The position numbers were made by a program, and so were the translations under genes. A stretch of DNA of 64,000 nt from Hormiphora californensis (lineage: Eukaryota > Animalia > Ctenophora). The stretch lies in assembly GCA_020137815.1 (NCBI GenBank), contig CM035358.1, positions 5,890,001 through 5,954,000 on the forward strand. The letters run 5' to 3'. The notes under the pieces were generated by a model. The model did no database searches. It was not told where the DNA came from and saw only the letters and a list, made by a program, of their open reading frames with translations. This document shows, in pieces, positions 24,717-42,500 of this stretch. Each line of letters begins with the position of its first letter. Position 1 is the stretch's first letter.

Positions 24717-25668
24717 TATTATAACTGCTAGCATTTTGTTATTCATTTATTTTTCTCGAGAAAAAACCAGTCTCTTAATTTGTTTCTAGACACAAAGTTG
24801 TTATGTTTTCGTTTACGAAACATTTTAAATATTTTACTGTTCCGCCGTCGTTCCGCTGTTGTTCCGTTCTAATTTCCATGTTCTTTTGTATTTTCCAACT
24901 TTTCTTATCTAACAAAAAACCGTTCCGATGCTGGTCTTTTGTAATTTTCACCGTTCCCGGCTCGTTCCTTTCTAATGAAAAGTCACTGGAATACCAAAAG
25001 AACGGTAAGAATAACAAAAGAACATTAGAGGAACGCTGTAGTATATTTATTATTTGTATCAGAACACCTGGCACGAGAAAAGAGAGAGAAAGTTATATCC
25101 ATTTGCAGGAGTGTAATGTGATAGGGGTGAGATCACTAACACACAGAGAATGTCAAACAAAAATTGACAAATCCCAATCGCGAATGTGGGCCCTTGTCAG
25201 CGCCAAAATAAATTCCAAGGCCTTGCCGGCGCTCCCGTATTTCTAGTGAACAACTCTTGCCAGCGCCGCATAATTTTGGTGGTCAGAAGTCACGTGACAT
25301 GCACATACAAAATGGTGCCTCAGTTAGGGCGAAAAAGGGGTCCCAACTGTGCACACTATACTACTATCTTTGTAATGAAATTACCCCTCAACGCGAGCGT
25401 AATAGGAGTGGCTTCGTAACCAATCACTATCTGTTGTTGAGTACTTATTAGGGGATTTTTTTTGAGAATGACAAGTCTCCACCCCTTGCTCAACATATAG
25501 CTGTCAGAGCATTGGCCTGACTCTGTTTCTGTCAACTGTGGTCAGAGCATTGGCCTGACAAACATATATAGTAATTGAGGGGAAGTGAAACCAGCGCAAT
25601 GGTGAAGAATGAACTTATTGGATGCAGTTGAGTTTTCCTGCATGGTTGAGTTGTTCCAACCAAGATTG

Positions 25669-25900
25669 CACGAACAAGAAACAAACAAGTACTAACACAC
25701 CCTTTACACCTCTTTCTGAACAAACCATACTTGCAAGTATATCTCTACACGAACAAGAAACAAACAAACAATTGTACTAACACACCCTTTACACCTCTTT
25801 CTGAACAAACCATACTTGCAAGTACATATCTCTACACGAACAAGAAACAAACTTGAACAATTGTACTAACACACCCTTTACACAGCTCTTTCTGAATAAC
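25669..25900. repeat. ~80-bp tandem repeat x3
   Basis: cacgaacaagaaacaaac...gtactaacacaccctttacacctctttctgaac repeated. Confidence 0.85.
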
Positions 25901-26156
25901 TACCTCTACAATATCTTGTGTGTATGGATCCATGAAGTAGAAGGGCTCCGTTATCCATGGCTTGCAGTTTATCGGGTACCACAACTTGTCCTCTGGACTC
26001 TAAAGAATTCGGGCTTTTAGGACTCTAAAATGTAGAAGTATCGGCCAGCTTGTACACTGGTTCATTAAGTTTTTGTTCAGTTGAATTCAATATTTAGTGA
26101 TGTACAGAATATGCAAGTCACGGCATATTAATTTTTCCTGAATTTTTTTTCTGAAG

Positions 26157-26332
26157 TACAGTCGGACCCCGATTTAGGGACACCCTCGGGGGAAAGGCTC
26201 TTGTCCACTAAATCGGGGTGTCCACTAAATCGGGGTCAAATAATGTTAATTTCCTATATCGGGGGAAAAAAATCCTGTCCCTAAATCGGGGTGCCACTAA
26301 ATCGGGGGCCCCTAAATCGGGGTCCGACTGTA
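26157..26332. mobile_element. MITE family B full-length copy with TA TSD
   Basis: tacagtcggaccccgatttagg...cctaaatcggggtccgactgta. Confidence 0.85.
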
Positions 26333-26361
26333 TATCACTATTGCATAATATTGATATGACA

Positions 26362-26802
26362 ACTAGATCCAAAAACCAAACAAGTTTGGTGGATAGCCGG
26401 GGCCGCAGAAATTTAAAAACGTGCGAAAGTTTTGATACATGAACTTTCGGGGCCTGGGGTGCTGTTAAATTCGCGTTTCCATGATTATAACCAGCAACAT
26501 TTTCAAACTATACGCCAGGAAAACTATCGCAATGATTGCAAGTTATCATTATTTTTGATTCCACGTTATCATACATACAGCTCCACACATATCACGTATA
26601 ATATACATACTGCACACAGTGGGTCGTTTCAGAGTCTGTTTTACAGAATAATAGTGTGTTTTGAAAGAACGGCTGACTATCATGGAAACGCGAATTTAAC
26701 AGCACCCCAGGCCCCGAAAGTTCATGTATCAAAACTTTCGCACGTTTTTAAATTTCTGCGGCCCCGGCTATCCACCAAACTTGTTTGGTTTTTGGATCTA
26801 GT
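26362..26802. mobile_element. 441-bp MITE with ~123-bp essentially perfect TIRs
   Basis: actagatccaaaaaccaaacaagtttgg...gtttccatgat mirrored at ~26679-26802. Confidence 0.88.
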
Positions 26803-26991
26803 ATCAGGCATTTTGTTATACTACTTAGCTGAGTTTAATAAACGTGGATTGGGGATTCACGGACTTTTTCAATCGCAGATATCCAATCTCGGACACAATT
26901 GAGAATAACGAATATGATAGTAATCGCGGACAACCAATCGCGGATAACTGATCACGAATCCGTTATAAGTTATCGCGATCTATTCTGAGTA

Positions 26992-28310
26992 TCTTATCTG
27001 GTCCGGCTCGAAGAGCCGGACCAGATTGTGAAAGTGACTTTTTATACCCCCGGACCCCCCCCCCTCTGGCCTTAATTGTCGCGATTAGCTATCCGCGATT
27101 GGTAACTACCATATTACTCATTCGCGATGAGTTGTCGTGGTTATAGTTATCCGCGATTACTATTACATTTATTAGTTATCAGCGATTGATATCCGCGATT
27201 GGTTCTCCAAGATTATTCTCTGATTTTGATTATTAGTTACGGATAATGATCACGGATAAGCATTGATAATCAAATATATTATCTGATACAATCAGGTTCT
27301 AGATGCTAATTCGCTCTTTTCTCGGTTTTTTTAAATCGTCTTATATTTAAGACAGTCATAACTCTAGATATGACTACCCATTATAACTGAAAATGCGGCA
27401 GTAAACCTTATCTTATAAAATAAATCTGATTCAATGTTAATCTAGACTCTGAAACGCTTCTTTCTAGGCGTTTTTAAAATCGTCTTAAATTTAAGACAGT
27501 CATAAATCTAGATATGACTTCCAATTATATCTGAAATACAGCAGTTGACCTACATCGGCAAAATATATGTGATAAAATCATGATTTATAGTTTAATTTGC
27601 TCTTTTCTAGGTTTTTTGAAAATCGTCTTAAATCTTAATACAGTCAGTTGCACGTAACTGAAGAACCGTAACTCGGATTTGCTTGAAATTTTGATCGTGT
27701 GTTCAAGATGTCAAGACAACATTACGTACCAAGCGGCGTATTCGTAGAACGACGGAAAGGCTGTCTTAGACGCCGAAGAAAACTTAAGACAGTCATAACT
27801 TTTGTTATGACTGTCCGTTTTCTCTGTCCAAGCTTTAATACAAGGTACATCACTAGACCTACCGACTCCCAAAGTTTCATGGTGATAGCTTTAAAACTCT
27901 GGCCTCTATTAACTACGCAAAAAAGTGGTTATTTTACGGTCGTTCGTGACGCGAAAAACGGACATTTTGTCTAAAATACGACCCTCTGTAACGTAAAAAC
28001 CGTAACTCCGATTTGCATGAAATTTTGAACGTGTGCTCTAGATGTCAAGGCAACACGAACTACCAAGCGGCAAGTTCGTAGGACAACGGGAAGGTTGTCT
28101 AAAACAAAGTTGAAATTGCCGATTTCAGACAATAAGTATAGTAGCGCTGTCAAAATTTTCAAAAATTTTCAAAAAATTCAAAAAATTTTTTTTTCGCAAT
28201 TTCGATTTTCCATTCACTGGAAGCATGAATGCTTGGAAAATGGACATTTTTAAGGGACGGATGGTTGGGGGGAGGGAGGATTGGGCCCCGGGCGCTTGCC
28301 AGCGCTATGA
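26992..28310 (+). mobile_element. Probable non-autonomous Helentron/HINE-like element
   Basis: 5' hairpin tctggtccggctc-gaa-gagccggaccaga followed by ttgt; internal degenerate repeats (gacagtcataac, ccgtaactccgatttgcatgaaatttt); 3' small stem-loop gcgct-tgcc-agcgc. Confidence 0.5.
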
Positions 28311-28346
28311 TTCTTTGATTAAACTCTGATTAAACTAACACAGAAA

Positions 28347-28546
28347 TAATTCTCTGATTACATATACAATGATCTGTTGTAATAATATGGACTATTGAGA
28401 CTCAACACTACTTTAAACAAATTATTTTCGCTGATTGTACGGCAAAAATTTCCGTAATTATTGATCCTGATATCCAACGAGTCTCAATTGTCCATATTAT
28501 TACAACACTGTTGTATGTATATGTATATGTAATACAGCAGAATTAT
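28347..28546. repeat. Small foldback element enclosing a spliced-leader-like motif
   Basis: Inner arms 28375-28403 / 28479-28507 (29 bp, 1 mismatch) plus imperfect outer arms. Confidence 0.65.
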
Positions 28547-28586
28547 ACCATCATGAGACTCATGGACAACCAAACGATGGTTATAT

Positions 28587-28769
28587 CACGGTCGCTTGTA
28601 GTGGAAAAACGGTAATGGAAAACAGAGATACAGTAAGACGACACGCAACCGTGGCCAATCAGGGCGCTAGTACGTGCTGAACAAATGCACTTTTTGCTGT
28701 GCGTTATGCAAAGTGTGCGTCTCGTTACAGTATTTCCATTACGGTAATGCGACTACAAGCAGCACTGTG
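28587..28769 (+). mobile_element. MITE family A copy
   Basis: Near-identical to 4756-4937. Confidence 0.82.
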
Positions 28770-29779
28770 AATGTCAATTGATACCTTCATAAAGTCAAAG
28801 GAAAGCCATCCCTCAATGTCGGTGGGGTACCTCTCCACAAATATCTCACTCCACTCTGCCACCGGTTGGGTAATGCATCGTTCCGTTACCGTTGCCATGG
28901 TAGTCTCCCCTTCCCTTCTTCGTGTGATCGCCTGTCCAACGAGACGGGGAATATTTTTAATGAAAAACTTTTTGATAGGAAATATTCGTGTGTTGTCGGA
29001 CAACACACGAATATTGTCCTGTCGTTTGTTAAGTTTGTGTGTGTTGCGGCCCTCTTTTAATATAACTAATGGATATTTCATCGTGGGTTTTAGTTAGGCG
29101 AGAGCATCATGTCTTGACTAACGACTCGACGTGTTAACCACTCTTCGTGTGACACTGCCTACGTAGGTTAACTGAAGATAGTATAACTATTCTGATTGGC
29201 GTATAGTTATTCAATCATGCAATTATAGTAAGTTAATTTTGAATAAAAACGAGATCTGGTAGGATATATCGTTTAAAATATTTGAGTCGAATTTCCTCTA
29301 AAGTGCGTCACTGGGCATAAACGGTGCTAGCAGGACTGGCAAGGTAGTTAAAGCATATTATATAGTTATGTAGTAGCTATAATCACGCTATAATCACGCA
29401 GAAGAGAAGGAGGTTTCGTGTTCATGCTTAATAGTATCAGTATATAACTAAAACCACGATGATATGATCACGATTGATTGGCACGGGTGACTTCTTACTG
29501 TTACCATTGTTGAGTAAGGGCCGTTACTCAACAAGTGTTACCATGATTAAGTAAATCATTTAGTAAATGATTTAGTAAATCATTTACTAAATCATTTACT
29601 TTGACTCCATCCTACTCAGTAGGTGAAATTTAGATGAACCACAGGTCCACAGGACTAGTGTGTGACTGTGATCTGGAAAGCTCCATTCTCAGACCACAGT
29701 CAGGAAATACCTGGTCCCTGATTGGCTGATAACCAGTCACGTGACCTAAATAACGTGTTCTGATTGGTTGTTTACTTTG

Positions 29780-35720
<5,941 letters not shown>

Positions 35721-36887
35721 GATCTATAGATTTAGCTGGAAATAGATAGAGAATAGAGATAAGAAACAAACACATTATTCCCTCATTTTTGATCTATAGA
35801 TACTTCTGGAAATAGATAAAGATAAGACTCAAACACAATTAGAATTTAACATAGAAATTCAACAAGAGAATGTAACAAAGGATCAGGAATTAAGCACAGA
35901 ATTAAGCACATGAGCTGAACAGTAACTATCATATACTACTGCAAGATCGGTTAAATCAGGTAATCGGAGATTACTGGTAATTGATAGGAAGAATCATGGC
36001 AATTAATATTATACTTCTGAAATCTGAAACAATTAACAGTTTGATAATCAGATCACAATTGAGCAAACATTTAGACCTACTTCCGTAAAGTTAGGGCCTG
36101 TTTGTTTGTAAGTGCCGAGATAAAGCTCTTTCTTGCATGAAAGGACTTGAACAAAGGCCGTGTGACTAAACAAAAGGCAGCTACAATGATAAACATTGTG
36201 TTTAACAAAACAAAGCTTAAGTGATTAAAACAGATAATAGCTGTGTATTATGTATATACAGTCGGACTCCGATTTACCGATCACCGCACCGATATACCAG
36301 AATCCCGGGTACCCCTGTAAATCGGGGTCCGGCTGTATCACGTTTACCAGTTGCTTAGTTTGAAAATCAAAATCAAATCGTGGAATTTAAAAAATAGGTA
36401 CTGATATTCCCTGGACGATGGCATGTAGTATACAAGATTTACTAAGGCTTAATTAACAAAGACATACTCTAACTGTTTAATACGAAATGTTAAAATCACA
36501 ACTTGTGGAACGTAGATTTTGGCTCTAAAAATAATAATAATGTCTTTACTGATTATCAAATGAGAGAAGATGTAGAAGAAAAGGAATCGGAAGAGAAGAG
36601 GTTCTAACCTGTTGCAGCTTTGTACTCTTCTAGAAGTTTCTAACTACAAAGCATGTGAGCGATTAAATATATTCACGTTATTAATAAGAACAATTATCGT
36701 TTATTAACAAATTCTGCAGATAAGACGAATATTTGATAGGTTTTATAATGTGGCTTATTATTCTAATATGCGAAGAAAACAATGGAATATATTGAACGTG
36801 AGTCTCATCTCATTTCGAAGCTCTATTATAAAGTCTCTCCTTTTTTAAGTTATATTTTCTCGCATAGTCTCATAGTCCACATGTCCA

Positions 36888-36952
<65 letters not shown>

Positions 36953-37267
36953 CGTCAGCTGGTCGATAACGAGGCCAGGCTATTGGAGAAAAGTATGATA
37001 ATTGTTGAGGTTGGTTTAACAAATGAGAAGTCTTTTCGTTTGATCGCTCCCTCTCTCTATTTCTGAATCTCTCTTCTATCTCTCTATCTATCTATCTCTT
37101 TACCTCTCCATCTCTTATATCTATGCTACCGTAGCCCATTAAATACCCGCTGCAAGATATACGGAAGTAAGGTCGAAACAACTTTCCTCATCTACCAGTA
37201 GTGGCACGATCTAGACTTGAATTGTTTATACTCAATACTGACTTACTACCGATTGAAGATCTAGACG

Positions 37268-37336
37268 CTATTGTGACAAGTGAAACAAGGTTTTACAAAA
37301 TCTTTTTGTAAAACCTTGTTTCACTTGTCACAATAG
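37268..37336. repeat. Perfect hairpin, 33-bp stem and 3-nt loop
   Basis: ctattgtgacaagtgaaacaaggttttacaaaa-tct-ttttgtaaaaccttgtttcacttgtcacaatag. Confidence 0.9.
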
Positions 37337-38587
37337 TTCAGCTCTCCGCATCCCCGGATCGAGCACTCTACCAGGATACAAACTTCTAAATCTAACTAGA
37401 AGATCTAGACGCATAATAAACATGGAAGTAGCAAGTTAAGAATGGAATGATAATAGTAGTATATAATCTATAAGACTTCTCGTTGGATAGCCGCCAAATT
37501 TAACTCCAAGTTATTTCCAAAATGATTATTTTTAACCAGTCCAGCCTTTTCCCTGCCCTATTTAAGACATCACTCCCACCTTGTGACTCGGTATAACTAA
37601 GAAATACGCTTCTAACGGAACAATTTGGATGCGGTCTCTGACCTAAGACTCTTACGTAGTAAGATAAGAGAGAGATTGATAATAGGCCACAATTTCCATT
37701 TAGGAAGACCCGCGAAAAACCACTTAATTGGCCTCCTAGGTCGTGTTCAAAGAATCTTTGCTATTAAAAGCACTAGCCTAACCTCTAAACGACATTTCTC
37801 CCACGGCCCTAATTCTTATCTCTCTGTATCTCGATAAAGAGATCTCTCTGTATTAAACGAGACTGGTTTTGTGGGTGCGGTCAGGCAGCTAGAAAAAAGA
37901 ATCACATGACCGCGAAATGATTGGTCACTTTCACTAAATCTGTTATGTTAAAAACAGCTAAGTATATTATATAAAAAGAGTGACGCACGACTAGTGACAG
38001 TAGGGCAGGTCGATAGGAAAAGCCTACATTTAAAGACGGCAATTTTCCAAGAGAGCAATTAAATGAGAAAATGCAGTACTAGTATATCGGAGTCCATCAT
38101 GAGAACGTCTACAGTTAGCTATTAAGAAGATGAAAATGGTCGAATGAAGCACGGTAAGGGATCAATGATGCAGATCACTAGTCATTGTCTTCCAGACCCC
38201 GGTGTAAATGGTAAACGCAAAGCCAGTGCCTCCCTTTAAACCTGACTTACAACTAAAAAACTTCCCCTTTTTAGAAAAATAGTTCAAATACTCTTTGCTT
38301 CCGAAACGAAAGGTTTTGGATTAAAATGATATGGTGGCAGGTTACTAGATGAATTTAAAAGACAAACCCCGTCGTCGAAGGCAACTTCAACTAGCGAAGA
38401 ATAAGAACAAATTCTGTTGAACTGGAAGTTAATTTAATTAAAAACTAGATAATATCGCAGAGCCGATATCATGAGAACAAAATAACTGGCGTATACAGGA
38501 CCAACCAATATAATGTCCACGTCCGATATTAAGTTGCCCTTACTATCCTATCCCTCTCTCTCTCTCTCTCTCTGCCTCTATCTCTCT

Positions 38588-38704
<117 letters not shown>

Positions 38705-38899
38705 CCTCTCCTTCTTTCTCTCTGTTGTTACCTCGTTACTCGTAGAGAATCGGTCTCTTCCTGTACGAGTCGAAGATATAGGCTGAGAAAGGATAAAATA
38801 GATAGAGATGGATACAGAAAATAGATAGAAAGAGAGACAGTAGTCGTTAGAAAGAACTTAAAGTAAATCTTTGGCCGTTGTGTGACGTAAATTGAAAAC

Positions 38900-39007
38900 C
38901 AAGAACCGACCGAAATAAGTAAACAACCAATCAGAACTCTTTATTTAGGTCACGTGACTCGTTATCAGCCAATCAGGGACCAGTATTTCCTGATTCGGTC
39001 GGTTCCT
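38900..39007. mobile_element. MITE family C copy
   Basis: TSD TTGAAAAC on both sides. Confidence 0.9.
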
Positions 39008-39044
39008 GTTGAAAACCAAGTTTTATCAGCAGTAATGCCAGTAA

Positions 39045-39334
39045 GGGGAAACTCTAACTGAATGGCATCCCATTAATGGGATCCCATCAACAGTAAAACT
39101 CTAACTGATAATGGACCGCAGTGATGGTTCTTTCTCTGTATTCTCTCTGTAGGCAGTACATCTATGTACTGCCTACAGAGAGAATACAGAGAAAGAACTA
39201 TAGGGCATGCCCGGGCACGGGCGCGCACACAGAGAGAATACAGAGAAAGAACCATCACTGTGGTCCATTATCAGTTAGAGTTTTACTGTTGATGGGATCC
39301 CATTAATGGGATGCCATTCAATTAGAGTTTCCCC
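39045..39334. mobile_element. PIF/Harbinger (Tourist)-like palindromic MITE
   Basis: ggggaaactctaa...ttagagtttcccc with TAA on both sides; related copy at 45214-45468 (TAA/TTA flanks). Confidence 0.85.
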
Positions 39335-39550
39335 TAATAGACTAATAGAGTCGTTGGTCTCAAATAATCGATGATTATCTACAATACAAAGGGCACTTAT
39401 TACGACCATGATATAAGCACTTCACGATTCTTGACTGATCACGAACAATCAGGAGTATTCGAGCCAAAGTATAAGTTGTCCATAAAAATTGATTGTCCAA
39501 TATTAGCGTACAAAATTTTCAAATAATCAAATAAGATGGCATAAAAACAC

Positions 39551-42500
39551 TCATTCATTGGACACGTCTTTACTAACTCCCTCCTTCTCCTCTTGGGTAT
39601 TTAGTCGGTGTTCTAGATGTTTACAAAGTTCTTCTAGCTCGTTTATGCGGCGCTGGTTTTCGCTCTCCTGATGGGATAAGAATATGATGATTGTTGATCA
39701 ATTAATAAAAATTAGGTTAGTACTGGTGTACCCAACTGAATTGGATTGACTGAGTGTGGTACCTGTTCATTATCTTCTCTATTCAGCGCAGGTTTCTCTT
39801 CAAGATCATTCAGAGCACTATCAAGAGCTTGCTGCTTTGCTTCAACCAAGTTTATCTGTCGATCAGATAGAGATCATTACTTGAAATTAACAAATTAACC
39901 CTTTCCATAATCTAATAAGCTGATCATCTATTCATGACAGCTCCTCAGCAACGGCAAAGTTCAAACCCTAACCTGTTCTTCCAATCCCTTAATCTGACTC
40001 TCACAACTCCTCACAGCCTCCCAGACTCCCCCCATTTCCTCCTCCTCTCGATCTCCCACCGCCGCAACCTTGCTCTCAATATCAACCAACGTCACGGCAA
40101 TATCCTCTTTGAGAGTTTCAAGACCGTCTGTAGTTTTCGCTAACTCCCGGGATAACCATGTTTGTTCCAGTTTCATGCGCTTGTTTAGTGTTCTAAAGCG
40201 ATCGTTTACTTCATCCATGTCTAAAGAATTGCCGTTCGGTGATTCCATCGGAGATCTGAAATGATAGAACAAGTAATCGGATATAACCATTTAGGTTAGG
40301 CTAGGAGTTAAGTTACTGAGTTAGGTTCCTTGAAGAGATATGTATAGTCTGGAAGACACAGTCGATCGTGTAGTATGAACATTGAACAGTCTTGAAACCG
40401 CTGCCGCTTGTTATAGTGGCATTACCGTAATGGAATTACAGTAATAAGACGCAGACATTGCATAACACGCGGCAAAAAGTGCATGTGTCAGCACGTACTA
40501 GCTAGCTCACTGATTGGCCACAGTTGCGTGCCTTCTTACCGTATCTCCATTTTCCATTACCGTTTTCCCACTACAATCGACCGTGTCTGGTTTTGAATAT
40601 AATAATCGACACTACTATAAAACACGCACCTTGATAATATATCCTCGAGTTGAACAATTCTTTCTTCCAGTGAATCTATATAGCTCAGCTGGCCCTCCTC
40701 CTGTCTCCTATACCTCTCCCGCTCCTGCAACGACTCCTGATGCATCACTTGGATCATACTCAGCATTTGGTGTGATATCTTGTCGAGATCTGAGAGATAT
40801 AAGTTAGTGTGATATCTTGTCAAGATATCTATGAGAGAAGTTGGTGTGATATCTTGTCGAGATCTGAAAGAACATTTCACCACTATTATATCTGTACCTG
40901 ATTTTCGGTGGAAATGAACCTTATATTGGTTTCATGGATTTCATTCCTGATTTTATTTATTTGGTACGTACGTGTCTTTAGAAGACTTCATGACGTCAGC
41001 TACGTGATCACGATTCATGATAATGATCATAACTTATAATGCTGCTTTGCGTTACCATGAATGGAATTTTAATGATGGAAGACTTACTATTGATGTTCTC
41101 AAATGATGGGGCGTCATTGGAATTTTAATGGTGAAGCCATACTATTGATTTTGCCAAATAATGGAGCGTGGATGGAATTTTAATGAATAACGATGTAAGA
41201 CTTCTGACTTAAAGCAAATCAAAGGCGACCTGGATAAATCCAGGTCCACTGTAACATCACCAGCTGCCATCAAAGATCACTTACTATTGATTTTGTCGTT
41301 GTATCGAGCCTCGTGTTCCTTTGATCGCATCTCTAACTGCTTCTTCAGCTCCATGACGTCAATCGACAACCGTTTAACTGACACCTGCGTGGGTTGGTGG
41401 TTAACCAGTGCAGCAGCATCTGATGGGGTGACGGGGTGGTTAACCAGTGATCCAGCATCTGATGGGGTGACGGGGTGGTTAACCAGTGCAGCATATGATG
41501 GGGTGACGGGGTGGTTAACTGGTCCATCTGATGCAGGGAATATGGTTGGGGTGGGGAAATCAGAGAGGGGATCGTGACTCTGCCTACGTGGGTGAGCTGG
41601 ATGATCAACGTGCTAAAAATAGTTAGTGTGCAAATTATTTTACAAATGAGGTAACTATGTCCTCCACGAAGATCGTTAAAAAAGCAGCTAGCAAGTCGAG
41701 CATGCAGCCTATTGGGGAATTATATTGTAGACTAAAATAAGATGCATACCGGCATTGTAACTAACATATTGTCTTCAAATTACAGTCGGACCCCAAATTA
41801 CCGGGCAAAACCCTTTCTTCCGAGTATCCCGAATCCCAGTAAATCCTGTCTGGCGCTGCGACCCCATCTGAGCGCACTGAGAATCAAATGGGGTATGGCG
41901 CCGCCATACAGGGTAAATCAGGGTCCGTCTATTATATTAGTTATACAGTCGGACCCCGATTTACCGGGATGCTCCGCGGGGGGAAAGAGTTCTGCCCGGT
42001 AAATCGGGGTCGGACTGTAAAGTGTAAGTGTATTAGTAATACAGTATTACCTTTCCAGGGTCACCTTCTCCGTTAGCAAGATTGGGCATGCTCCTTAGAT
42101 GAGAGAACGACACGGGGTTCCTTCTATAGAGATCATTGCTGAAATTTTAATCAGGTGATGGTTTGATAATGAAATTACCCCTCCGCGAAAGCAATATTAG
42201 GGGTGACTTCGTATCCAAGGTGATGGGGAGGTTTCAATTGTATTGTTCTACATAAACAGGTGAGAGTCTGAATCAAACAAGGTTTGATCATGACTGAGTC
42301 ATTCATTCATGTATTCAACTAGAGTTTTTATTGATGATCCTATCCCGGCAAGACAGGGTCGAATTGATACCTGTAATCGAGACTTTTGGAGGGTCGAATT
42401 GTAGTTTCATCATAAACTCCAAACATGCTCTCTTCCTGCTCACTATCGGTCATGGCGCTGTCACTGGTGTTAGATCTCGTATCTTGTAGGACTTGATCAC

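Larger units (their letters stand above)
21896..25365 (+). mobile_element. Non-autonomous Polinton/Maverick derivative (3470 bp)
   Basis: Termini AGTAGT...ACTACT; 6-bp TSD ATCTTT (21890-21895, 25366-25371); ~560-bp TIRs (21896-~22458 / ~24803-25365); decayed internal ORFs. Confidence 0.88.

Noticed and set aside
22185-25451. Paired near-identical ORFs (MPGVLIQIIN..., MIGVRSL...)
   Set aside because: Translations of the two TIR arms starting at non-ATG codons; no coding evidence.
37500-37850. Possible LINE RT fragment
   Set aside because: No RT or endonuclease motif found in the frames read by hand.
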